Source: Lama guanicoe (Eukaryota). From it: a stretch of DNA of 64,000 nucleotides. Below the pieces are notes generated by a model. The model was not told the DNA's origin. It saw nothing but the letters and a program-made list of their open reading frames with translations, and searched no databases. Below are positions 50,801 through 63,010 of this stretch, one piece after another (positions within the stretch are counted from its first letter, which is position 1; each line of letters starts with the position of its first letter). The stretch spans positions 12,786,879 to 12,850,878 of the forward strand of contig MU053881.1 in assembly GCA_013239625.1 (NCBI GenBank), in the 5' to 3' direction. The position numbers and the translations under genes were made by a program.

Positions 50801-51194
50801 ATAATAATATGAAATGGAATCACAGAAAGAGACATTTAAACCCCCCCTCTAGAAGGATTTATCATCCTATTATGAGCAATTAAAGGAGAGAGATCAAGGG
50901 GAGACCTTAAAGGATGATGGCTCTTTGGCTCATTGTCATGGCATTAGCAAAGAGTGTACTTTTCACCCAATGGGGAGAAATAGCTCAGTTCCTTTGGCTC
51001 ACAGTGGCCTCCCTACAATGGATTCCATGAAGCCAATGGTTAATAAAAACAGAAGAACTGTGATCAGCTGCACACATACTGCCTTTGGTAGCTGTGAAAT
51101 GATGTAGTATCATACTATCTCTAGCACTATTTTATGCAGGATTAGGATATCTTTGAATGAATGAAATTAGGCAATCATTCAGGACCTAACACAG

Positions 51195-51480
51195 AAGTCT
51201 TAATCCAGCAGCTCATTTGCTGGGTCTTGCCTGAAAGTTCTGTGTGACACACAAAATATATTTTAAACGTGTGAATTCATTGCTCATAGTTAAAAGAAAT
51301 TCAATTAGTCCAGATTTCTTTCTTCTTGTGAAAGAAAAAGGCAAAATACTGCAGCACCAGACTCTATTCCTCCATGGCAGGTGGCAACTGTAGGTTAGAA
51401 GTTACTTTCCTGTCTGACCTTGCAGACTTTGAAGACAGTGACCTCTGACTTTGTAACTGGCCATGGTTGTATTTGTGTCC
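51195..51480. mobile_element. MER102-like hAT fragment
   Basis: tccagatttctttcttcttgtgaaa...gcagcaccagactctattcctccatggca. Confidence 0.5.
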
Positions 51481-52452
51481 TGAGACAGAAGTAAATTGAA
51501 TATGAATGTGACTGACTGTTCTTCTATGCCAGGTAATGTCTTCAAGAAGTTCCCTTGGGCAATTCTGTTCTTAGACAGGAACAATTCTTAGTATGAAAAT
51601 AAGTTATGATTGTAAACTGACTATAACTCAATAAAATAAAATAAAAAAAAAGAAGTTATGATTTGAAGAGCTCACATATGCTTCACTGAGAGAATCAGGA
51701 AGATTGCATGAGTTGTCTGCTGGATTTCAGCTCTTTTTCCTCCCTTTTTGCTCAAAATCTGCTATAGCCTCCCTGCCGAGAATGATCACTTAAATAGCTT
51801 CATTGTGATTATGACTTGACTGTTTCTAATAATTATATCTCAAGACAGATGAACAAGGGCTTGAAAGTAAGAAAATAGTTTGAAATCCAGTTGTAATGAG
51901 ATATTAATGTTCTGTGCTGGTGGTCTGAAGCTTTGAGAAGATTTGTTACTCAGAGATACATTAACACGCCAGTAGAAACTAGAAGCAAAGAATGGAGTAG
52001 AAGTAAAAAGTGCTACTTATACTAGGCCTTTACTTAGAAGAATTTGCAAAGATCTCTTTTACTTAACAGAGTGCCATTGGAGTTTCCTGCAAGAGTTAGT
52101 TCTCCTGAAGAAGGGTGTTAAGGTGAGAATAAGGCTATTAAGCCATTAATCTTAAATAGCCCAGTGGGGCAGCTGTCAGAAAATCTAATTATCTGGCCTA
52201 ACTGAGACCAAATATTAGGGTATATGCAACTTAGACTGAATCTACAGCCACAAATTATTTTGACAGCTTTAACCAGGTGAGTCAGCTTCCTCAAAAACAA
52301 GTCAAATCACCTTTCATGTTGTTTGCTAAAGAGCACCCAAGTATTTTGAACGGAAATGGAGAAAGAGAGTCGATAATGCTAATAGCTCGTGTTCACTGAA
52401 CAATGTGCTAAGCACTTTGCACACGTATCTTATTAATAGTAGCAACCTCCCA

Positions 52453-52601
52453 GGGGAGGGTATAGCTCGAGTGGTAGAGCACATGCTTAGCATACACAAG
52501 GTCCTGGGTTCAATCCCTAGTGCCTCCTCTAAAAATAAATAAATAAGTAAACCTAATTACCCCCCCCCACCAAAAATAAATAAATAAAATAAGTTAAAAA
52601 A
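52453..52601 (+). mobile_element. Camelid tRNA-derived SINE (Vic-1 type), full length
   Basis: A box tagctcgagtgg, B box ggttcaatcc and (aaat)n tail. TSD aatagtagcaacctccca (52435-52452) / aatagtagcaaccacgca (52602-52619). Sits inside an antisense MIR remnant. Confidence 0.95.
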
Positions 52602-53244
52602 AATAGTAGCAACCACGCAAGGACAGCGTCTCATGGACACAGCACGTAGTACTCACCTAACTACAGCTGCGTTAATGAATACTAGAATTTATACATCATT
52701 GCTAATGAAATACGTTTCCCAAGTATGGGCTGGATTTTAGTTACCAGCCACCATCATCCTGAACGTGAAAAATGTGATGAACTTTGCATACTTGCTCAGC
52801 TAACTTTTTAAGTTGCTTTGACTTCTCACCCTAGTAGGAGAAAATAGCTTACTTCATAGCACTGACCTCATCCCTGGCTGATAACTTATTTTTATCCAAA
52901 ACAAACGTTAAGATCTTTTCTAATCGATGATGAGCATCTCACTTTGCTGACACTGAGTTCTTCAGTAGACACTTCGCAAAGTGAGGCTCATTTGCATTCA
53001 ACCTCACATCGCTCTGCCAGGTATAATTTGAATTTCTTGATCATGAGTGTAATTTTCCATTGACTTTTTTTATGACATAGAACATAGTACTGATACGACT
53101 GTAACTTTAATCTATTAATTTTAATATATGGCATAACTTTAAAAAAAACAAACCAAATTTATATCTGAGTCTTGTGAGCTGTTACTTTTATAGGCATTCA
53201 GTTCTGTTATTTACTCGCTGCAGAGTTAAAATAATTTATTCTTG

Positions 53245-53450
53245 AATCAGACAGGCCTGTGTTTGTATCTCAGTCTGGATATTCACAAAATGTATTGCAT
53301 TAGGCCCTCAACTTAAATAACTTCACTTTTCTAATTTGTAGAATAAACACACTAATGGTATTCATGGAGTAGGGATTTTGTGAGGATTAAATGAAATAAT
53401 ACTTCAGAAGTATTTTTCCTAGTGAGTGGCATATAGAAAACACTAAATGC
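53245..53450 (+). mobile_element. MIR SINE
   Basis: aatcagacaggcctgtgtttgtatctcag...ttgtgaggattaaatgaaataat. Confidence 0.8.
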
Positions 53451-54339
53451 AGTGTTTTCTTTTCCTTCAGTTTCACTTGCTCTCTTGTTTCCTTGACTAT
53501 TCCATCATTACTTCTAGTTATTTTCACATTTTATTTTAGAGAAGATTATTTTATGAAATGTACACAATTTTAGAAATGGTCAGAGGACTTTGGCAGAGGA
53601 ATCAGGTAACAGACCTCCTTTAGCAGGGACGAGTTCACGGAGAAGAAAGAGGGCAGTGGAACCCAGTGCTGTGGTCATCCCCAAGTGTTGTGCCATTTCC
53701 ACTGACACCTTCACGGAATATTACTGGTAATTGACCATATGGTGTATTTCGGCTTACATGTAACTAAAAATACAGCAGGCGCTGACCTAGGTGTGATGAC
53801 ACTTGGTGGTTTAGTTCCAGAGCCCGTAGTTCTACTGGTGGTGGTATTGAAAGGAATGGATATTAGGATGGCATTAGTCAGTCAAGATGGTCAGGAAGAA
53901 AGCACAGAAACTCCCATGTGAAAAAATACAGATGGGTTTCAGTTTAGGAAGACACCCAAGTAGACTTCAGAGAAGTCACTTGTCTTGAGTATAGACTAAA
54001 GTAGGGGTACTTTGAGTTGAATGAATCTAGAAGAAATTTGCTTTGAGGAGCATGAATCCTGACAACTAAATACTCTGGATAGAAAAAAGCTTTATCACAG
54101 TGAACACAGGCTAGACTCAGTAGTCAGGTATGGAGTAGATAAGTTTTGAGAATAAATTTTAGGAAGGTCTTCCCTTGTTTCCAGCTTTTCCATCCGTTAT
54201 AATATATATGACTTACAGGATTAATAGGACAAAAATAACAAGTTTGTTTGTAAAATTTGATACTACATTTACATCCAGTTTCCAAAGGAAAACTTGAAAA
54301 GTATTGCTACTGCCATTATTGAAGATCACGAGAGCAATA

Positions 54340-54555
54340 GGAGTGCAGCCACTAAAACCAGAATATCTGAGTTTAAACCGTGTACCACCACTTACTAGCT
54401 ATGTGACTTACTTCTTTGTATCTGTTTCATCTATAACAAAGCAATAATCAGATTACCTGCTTCATAGGCTTCCTGAGAGGATTAAATGAATTAATACATA
54501 CAACAGAGCTTAGAACAGAGCCCAAGTGCACCGTATTGATTTAATGTTAGCTATT
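54340..54555 (+). mobile_element. MIR SINE
   Basis: ccacttactagctatgtgact...gagaggattaaatgaattaatacata. Confidence 0.8.
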
Positions 54556-55298
54556 ACATCACTGAGTGAAATGGTGCAAGTCACTCCTTCTGTTGCCATT
54601 TTCTATTAATGTCATGATATAAATATGTATTAAAAAAAATTCCCCCAATATGTTATTTATCCCCAAGACTAGAGCTCAGAACATAGAAGACAGATGCTCA
54701 GGATATGTTATTTGGGTTACTCAAGACCCCATTTGAATGGTTATAATTTGAATCATATCTAGTAAGGAAATTTTATAATTTTTTTTATATAATGTAGATC
54801 TTACATATAGTCTTATTAATGACCAAAAAAAATTTTTTTTGAGATTTATGATATTCATCAAAATGAATCTCTTTTTCTGCTTGGCTGAGCATGTCCCAAG
54901 CACTAGAAATACTTTTTAAAAATACAGCTGACAAATTTTGAGCCACATCATCATGATGATCAACCTAAGCAATGTCTCCTTCTGATGACAGTGGCAGAGA
55001 GTCACTGCGAAGGCAGGGAGCAGAAATCCAAACAAGAAAACAGTAGCCTAGGTTGAGACAGTCAGATAACTCTTAAGTAATCCTTGAAACTGATCTGAGT
55101 CCAAATTCACTCCAAAAATTCAGCATGCATTTGTTAAATAACCCATTTCCATACAGTGACCTTTCTGATGGAAATCACGTTTAAAATCTGCAGCAAAAAC
55201 ATGTCCTTACTTGTCATTTTATAGCTTAATATTCAGATGAATAGTAGCACACACTCAAAAATTTGGAGCTTCCTGCCTGTTTTCCTACTGTTAGCAGG

Positions 55299-55552
55299 TA
55301 ATAATGACACTTATGTTTACGGCAGTATTTATTGGGCATTTATCACAGGCTAGTCACCATAGTAAATCTCACCTGTTATTATTCATTTAGTAGTAATTTT
55401 CAGTAATATTATCAATTATGTATTTTTATATCTTCAGTTATCCTTAGGAAACTGTGGCTTAAATTAGTTACTTATCCAAGGTCACCCCACTAACATGTGG
55501 CAGGCCAGGACTAATCTCAGGACTCCATTCTCAACCTCTGTGAAATACTGCC
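55299..55552 (-). mobile_element. MIR SINE
   Basis: aggaaactgtggctta...acttatccaaggtcac...gtggcaggccagga. Confidence 0.75.
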
Positions 55553-57159
55553 CAGATATAGTATGATGAATAGTAAGCCTATTCCTTGCAATTTAGTGAG
55601 AAACATGCTTTTTTCCCCCCAACATTTGAACATAAGATATTCTCTAATAGTTCTCAGCATATAGGATGTTTAACTCTGACCAAAGAAGATAGTTTTAAGT
55701 GGTTTATGAAACTGGCATTAAATAACTTTGAAGGTGGGAGAGTTACTCCATTTTCCACTCTTGTTCAACCAGAATTATCTCCAGGAGAAAGCATGAGTCT
55801 GGTGATCATCGCTCTAACTTCTTGAACACAAGATGATTTTTACTTTTTAGAGTGGTCTTCCTAATTTGTGGTTATCAGCATCAGGTAAATAACAGTGTCT
55901 AGATAGAGTTAAGCAGTACTTTAAAAAATTTTAGTATATATTCTATCAATAAAAATTTTTATGGGAGTGATATAAAGTGAAATGCATTTATGTAAGTAGA
56001 ATTATAGTGACATAAGTTACAGTTGGGTAGAACAGTATCCCAGTAGAGGTACAAACATACAGAAAGCTTGGAAAACACTCTATTTCAATGGGTTTTTTGG
56101 AATCTTACAACTTTGAGTTTAAATTCTGTCACTCTGTCCAACACCCCCCTCACTCCCTGTGACCTGTCCTTACCATTTTGTTCTCCTGTATAATCTCAGG
56201 AAATCATAAATTTCTTAGTATTTACACCTAAAAAATGGGATCTGAGAATACAAATCTTACAGGATTTTTTTTATTAAATGTGTAAATATATGTATAGTGC
56301 TTATTCAGTAGGACACACAGTAGTCATAAGTAGGTAGAGCAATTAGTAGTATGACTTTCCAGCTCTTCCTTCTCTTTCTAATTTCCATGTCTCATATTGG
56401 CAATGTTTATATCAAAAATTGAATATCACATTAAGTGAACTAGAAAAAGCCTCACTCCTTGGAGTTCACCAACCTCTGTCTCTGAGTCGGGTTAGGCTCT
56501 ACTATGGGAATAAAATTTATCACACTAACAGTTATTGCAGCATCAAAATTTCAAGTCAAATGAATTATTTAAATTAACTTAAAAACGGTTTAATTGAATC
56601 ATGTAATTTTTTTTCTTATCACAAGTCAGTCTAATTATGAATGATCATATATAAGTTAAGTCACAAAGCTAATCAGCATGTGGCCACACCTGCTGTCAAT
56701 AAAGATCAGAAAATTAAATTTCTTTACAGATATTTCTTGTAACAGATATTCTGGAATTCACTGGAAAAAATTAAATGAGGACGGGCCATGTTAATAATAA
56801 TGTGACATAGTAGCTTTTTTTGTCTGCTTCTGATGGGACTAAATCTGGTTGCATGGAAGTAAGTGTTTAAATTCCATGAAGTCTCCAAAATCAACGCTTA
56901 ATTTTTTTTCTGGTTACAGGGCCTCTGCCCATGAAAATGTACCTGACTGGAGCAAGCAATCCTTCCACTTAGATTTTCTTTTTTACTTGACATAAATGCT
57001 TCTCACTATACTAATGAAGTTTCGTATTTGGAGACTTTGTTCGAAGGTGGATTCTGATTCATTAAGTCTGGGGTTCACCCTGAGATTCTGTATTTCAAAG
57101 AAGCTCCTAAGTAATGCTGACATTGTGGATCCACAGATCATATTTTGACAAGCAGGCAT

Positions 57160-57420
57160 TATGTCACCTCCTTAGAAAGATCTTCCATCACCATTCTCGT
57201 AAAGTAGTTCTCTTCCTGATATTCCTATTCCAATACCCTGCTTGATTTCTTAATAGCCATTATATCACAACTTTAATAGTTTTATTTCCTTACTTTTTGT
57301 TTGTCTACTGTCTCTAGATTATAAACTTTGCAAGGTTAGGGACCATGTTACATTGTTCATATCCCTAGTGCCTGACAATTTTAGATGTCCAAAAGACCGA
57401 TGGCCAAATGAATGACAGGT
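57160..57420 (+). mobile_element. L2 3' end, preceded by a MER5-like fragment at about 57030-57155
   Basis: atgtcacctccttagaaag...ctagattataaactttgcaaggttagggaccatg...aatgaatga. Confidence 0.8.
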
Positions 57421-57460
57421 ATCTGTAGACTATACCAGTATGCCATAGTTTTATCTAGAA

Positions 57461-57650
57461 CAGTGGTTCTCAAATTTTAGGGTGCATCAGAAAGCCCTGA
57501 AGGGCTTGTGAAAGTGAAGGTGGCTTAACTCCTCAGTGCAAAGTTTCTGATTCAATTGATCTGAGATGAAGTCTGAGAATTTGCAGTTCTAAGTTCCCAG
57601 GTGTTCCTGATGCTGATGCCACTGGTGTAGGAACTACACTTTGAGAACTG
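57461..57650. mobile_element. MER5A element with terminal inverted repeats
   Basis: cagtggttctcaaa ... tttgagaactg, with internal gtttctgattca...tgagaatttgca. Confidence 0.9.
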
Positions 57651-57879
57651 ACCTATAGTAATAAATGTATTTAATCACAGAATGTATGGGCTAATTTTTT
57701 TTTCAGTCAAGCATTTTATTGCTGTAGTTTGTGGGGAGAGATATCCATTAGCTTGAGGTGAATGGAGTAAATGCTTCCTTTTTTAAGCCATAAAGCTATG
57801 TACATAGTACATTTTTCTTCTATGTTTTGTGGATATTTTCTACATTATGGGATGAATTGAAAATTCAAGATTTGAAAAT

Positions 57880-58075
57880 ATTAACTACTATCTATTCTAT
57901 ATAAAACAGATAAAAAACAAATATCTTCTGTATAGCACAGGAAACTATATTCAGTATCTTATAGAAACCTATCATGAAAAAGAGTATGAAAACGAATATG
58001 TGGATGACTGAAACATTATGCTGTACACCAGAAATTGACACATTGTAACTGACTATACTTCAGTTTTTAAAAAAA
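57880..58075 (+). mobile_element. Young L1 3' UTR end, sense orientation
   Basis: Reverse-complement homologue of the 7283 and 47150 ends (gtacaccagaaattgacacattgtaactgactatacttca plus an A tail). Confidence 0.9.
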
Positions 58076-60274
58076 GAGATGATACTTAAAGGCTAGTGCT
58101 AACTCTTAGGAAATATTCAAGCTATCTAATTCTCCTACTTGTCTGGCACTTACGGTTTGGTTTTTAGGAATCACCTAGCAATTGTGAGTATGGAGTTCAT
58201 ACATGTGTAATTATTGCTCATTTTATTATCCAAATTTTATGTATTTATGTATGATTATCTATCTACCTACCTACCTACCTATTGCCTTAAAGAAAGGAAA
58301 GGAGGAAAGGGAAGAAGTGCTGTCACTGAATCAGATCTCATGGATTACAATCACCCCAGACTCTTAAGTCTCATGTCATGTCCCTTGCTCACTGCCTTCT
58401 GACATTTTGCAAGCATCAAGTTTGCCCTTGAGATCATTCATTCTGACTTGCCTGGTTTGGTTTCCCTCACAATAGCTCAGAGCCCAGAACTTCTTTTTCC
58501 TTTCTTGTTCTCTCTCTCTCTCTCTTTTTTTTTTTTAAGCATGCAAAGCCTTACCTTCTTGCCCAAATTGTGTTCCCTTTTCTTTCCATTTTGCAATGAT
58601 GAAGCATCACCAGAAAATGGAGGAGACTGAATAATTGCTGCATAAGCTTTCTAGTGCAAGGAAAAACATTGAAGTCATTATTGTAAAGTGCATTGTGAAT
58701 TTTAAGAAGGACTATATGATACCTCGTTCTTCCTCTAATTATCTCCAGCAAATAATAACATGGGTAATGAGAATTGGAATTTTAGCCACAGGCAAGATAT
58801 TAATGTGAAATGGCATTTTCATTTAAATATTGATTAATAAGGTATTTTAAAGGAAATTAAGCAGTTAGTCGATGTAAGAAGTTAATGTCACCAAGCAATT
58901 TTAAAATGTGTACTTTATAGATGCCAAATTAAAGTTTTATTTAAAGCCACCAGAAATGTTTTTCCACATAAAGATAATTTAAATAAATTCAACAAAATAC
59001 ATTATTTTTCACAAAAACATAGACACAATAAAGACAATATTTTTATTTGTAAAGACAAATTTTTATCATTATGTTTTAAATTTTGACTACAATATTTTTT
59101 TCTTAAAAGCCTCTCTCTGCATAAAGACAAGATGAAACTGTGATAAAAATTCTGCTTAAATTACACATGAAAGAGTTGGAAACCTATCAAAATTTGAGTA
59201 AGAAATATTTCATGATTCCAGTCCAGTTCTCTGACCTGTATTTTATTTTGTCCCTCTAAATTATAGCACTTACTGTTACATAATTTCCAAAGCTATTATC
59301 TGATTAGCTCTGTAGAAAATACTGTCTTTATAGATTGAGGTGCCTGATTTTTAGGATTTAAGATACATAATGTCAGTTTGAGGAAATAAAAAAGACATGC
59401 CTTTGGAATTTAGTATTTATCATCTTTTTGGAAAATTTTCATTGCTCTGGATTAGTCAGTGTTATGAAGCAAAATGTGAAGTGGAAGTCATAAGGTCTGC
59501 CGTAGTTATTACAGGTTTATTTGAGCTAATTACAGCATAAATGCCACGTTGGTTTTCAGCAGTTCATTTGCTGGACAGTTCTTCAAGCGACCCTTGAAAG
59601 CTGCTAGGGACAGTAGGCAGTGCTGAGACTCTTTAATTAAACTCTGGCTGATGTTCCAGAACCTCTCTTCAGAGCCTGGGGGAATAGTAATATTTATTTA
59701 CAAGGCACTTCTTAACCTAAGGCTTTCAGGTCTCCTTAATAAAATCAGGAAACCAGACTTGTCCTAGAAAGGAAAACCAAGCATTCTGTTTGAATTTATA
59801 GCACTTTTGTACAAATGTGAATTTCATTGATTAACATATTCTAGATTTCATTTTTGCCTTGATACTCATCAGAATAATTCTATTAATCAAAAGGTAGAGA
59901 GGAAAAATAACAGGACCTCTTCTGTTCCTGACTAACTCTCACCCAAGCTCCCTTCATATGTCTACGTAATTACAAATCTGATCTGATAAACTAGAAATGC
60001 CTTTGAGAGAATTAAATATTTTTCCTAGTTTTCAATCCCAGGAGGATTCTATTTCTTTCATATTTCACTATTTATATGTAACTCTTTTTTTCCTTTCTTT
60101 CATCCAACTCCCCAAACCTATTCTACAAATATTTAAGGTGGCTTATTAAAGGGCATATAATAAAGAATGAATACATTTAAACCAGGCTAAAAAATGAGGC
60201 AAAAAAAAAAGATACGGAAATTACATAAAACCAGGTATTTAAAAACTATGTAAAATAAATGCCCTTTAACCTCA

Positions 60275-61060
60275 CACCTGACTTCACCAAAGAATATACA
60301 TACATGACAAATAAGCAAATGAAAAGATATTTGACACCATTAGCCATTACGGAAATAAAACTTAAGACCATGATGCCATACCATTTCATACTCATTAAAA
60401 TGTCTGAAATAGCTAATATCTGATATCCATGAAAATGTAGAGCAACTGGCACTTTCACATTTCTGGTGGGAATGCAAACTGTCACCAAAAAACAGCTGCA
60501 CAGTTTCTTACACACTTAAGTATACATTTATCTTACAACCCAGTGAGTCCATTCTTGGTGTGTACCCTAGGGAAATGAAGTTATAAGCACACAAAATCCT
60601 GTACATGCTTGGTCATAGCAACTCCATTTGTGATTGCCAAAAACTGGAAAAATCCAAGAATTCTTCAGTAAGTGAACAGGTAAAATGTGGTATATCTATA
60701 CAGTGGAATACTGCTCGGAAATAAAAAGGAATGGACTACTGAGGCATACAGAATCAGGAGTGTATCTCAGAGGGATTATACTGAGTGAAGGAAGCCGGTC
60801 CTCAAAGGTTCTGCAATGGATGGTTTGACTTAGAAGACTGTTGTGATGGAGAGCAGGTTAGTGGCTGCTGGAGGTTGGGGTGGAGGAAAGATTTGATTAC
60901 AAAGTGAGGTAGCACGAGGAAGTTTTCTGGATGATGAAACTGTTCTGTATCTTGACTATGGTGATGCTTACACACATACATACTTTAAAATACATAGAAA
61001 TATATACCCAAAAGTCAATTTTATTGCATGATAGCTTAATAAATATAATAATTTAAAAAA
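60275..61060 (+). mobile_element. Old L1 (L1MC/ME-like) 3' end, apparently inserted in an antisense L4 remnant
   Basis: acttcaccaaagaa...aaataaaaggaatggactactga...gatgatgaaactgttctgtatcttgact. Confidence 0.85.
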
Positions 61061-61399
61061 CATTCACATCTAGAAGGTTAAGCCACAATTTTGCCTCTGA
61101 ATCTTCCCTTGGACAAGGAATATAATAGTGCCTACAGATAAAATATAGCTAGCTACTCAGGGTCACATTTGTTCCTAATAGAATAATCTAATACATATGT
61201 CTAATATAATAAAATGTCTCCTTTAATAACATGCAGGATAGATCAGCAATATATCATAATTGTACCTCCTGCATGGCTGACCATACCTTTTTTTAATCTT
61301 CTTCATGCCTTTGTTTCCTCTGTTTTGGTTTTAAAGTATAGGTATTCTCCAGGTTGTATGTTCATCTTAATTTTGTCCAGCTTAGTATCCTCTCCCAGG

Positions 61400-62490
61400 G
61401 AAATCTCTTTCAGTCCAGTTGCTTGACCTAAAATCTCCTTGCTGAAGATTACTTCTAAATCCATACCAACAGTCCTGATATCTTTTTATCTCTATTTACA
61501 GTTCTGTGTGTAATATCTTCTTTTCAATTTCTCTCTGGTCCAAAACAATCACCATATCCAAAACAATTTAATTGTGTGGTTCTTCTGAAATCTAAGATTC
61601 TTCTGAAATCACTGACCTCTTGGTCACTAAAGCTAGAAACATCTTATTTTACCACCTCCTTATACTCACTCTCCCTCATGAAATTTGTCACTAAATCTAG
61701 TGGATTCTTTAAATTCTGCATTTTTTTCCATCACAAAAACTTCAACTAACAGCTTGATGATGGATATTTTGGAATATTACAGTATTCTGTGGTCTGGCGT
61801 TCATTATTTCTGTAATTCATTTTTGAACTCTTGTCAGCTCTACTTTATAAAATCTGGTTAATTCTTCTCCCCCAGCTTGAATAGAAACCCTACTTTCACA
61901 GAAAAGAAAATCCAACTCTTATACAATATTCTTAACTGTCAATAATTTGAATCTCTCTGATTTTTCCAACACCTTCCAGACCTGCAAATACATCACCACT
62001 ACTGCCTACTTCCCTACAGTCTACCTGGACTGTAGCCTCATCCTATGTTTTGTTCCTTCAATCATCATTTCTGGTGAACTACCTTACTTTATATGGGCAG
62101 TTCCGAGTGTGTGGATGTCTCCTCTGCCTGTTAAAATTCGATGCATCCTTCATGTCTCCACTCTTACACCATATCTTTCATGAAGACTTCCCCAATCCAG
62201 CAATTTACCATTCATCTTAGCCTCCTTTGAGCTTTCCTAGAATGATTAATTTACTTTGCTTTATTTTATTATGTGTGCATGTAATCACTACTGAGATTAT
62301 ATACTTCCTAAGAGAAGTAATCATATATAAATCACATAATGTTGCCTTAAATCCTTTTTGGAATAAGGTGAAGCACAAGTACCTATATTAAGTAATAATC
62401 TTCACTTTCTTGTTAGATCTGGAACAATGCCCCTCACACATAATACATACAATAGATGTTTCTTCTATGAATAAATGGATGAATGAATAG
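61400..62490 (+). mobile_element. L2 fragment ending in an (aatg)n tail, with an L4 3'-end piece at about 62330-62390
   Basis: tgtcactaaatctagtggattct...aataaatggatgaatgaat; L4 motif gccttaaatcctttttggaataagg. Confidence 0.7.
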
Positions 62491-62844
62491 CAGCCAGATG
62501 AAGCAGGCTAGGGAGTGTTGGAAATATTAGCCCATACATTACAATTACAGAAATATTATCATTAGCAATAATATGTTATTACAAATACCATTCTGTATGA
62601 TCAGGTAATGGCAACATTTATGTATTGTGCACCTGCACATAGCACCCAAGGCCAAATTATATTTTCATCCTATCATTCACCTGCTCAGAATTCAGTGTCT
62701 GCCTGCTTGTGTTAATGATTGAATTTGTAGTTTTATTTTTTGCATTTATGGCATCTGTATTAGCTGTGCTCTTTATCCAATAAAGCAACACACACATATG
62801 TGAACATAAGAATCCTATACTTAGTATTCCAGGATTCCCTATGA

Positions 62845-63010
62845 TTCTCCCTCCTCCTTCCATCCTTCCTCCCTCCCTTCCTCCTTTCTTCTTTGTTCCT
62901 TACTTTTTCTCTCTTCTCTGCTTTCCCCATCCTTCTCTCTCCCTCATCCCTCCTGTAGTACTTTCATCCCTCCCTCCCCCTCTCCTTTCCTATATTATTC
63001 CTCTGTCTCT
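62845..63010. repeat. CT-rich low-complexity tract
   Basis: Seen directly. Confidence 0.85.

Noticed and set aside
52453..52530. tRNA-like sequences (also at 3075 and 44370)
   Set aside because: A-rich tails and TSDs identify them as SINEs, not tRNA genes.
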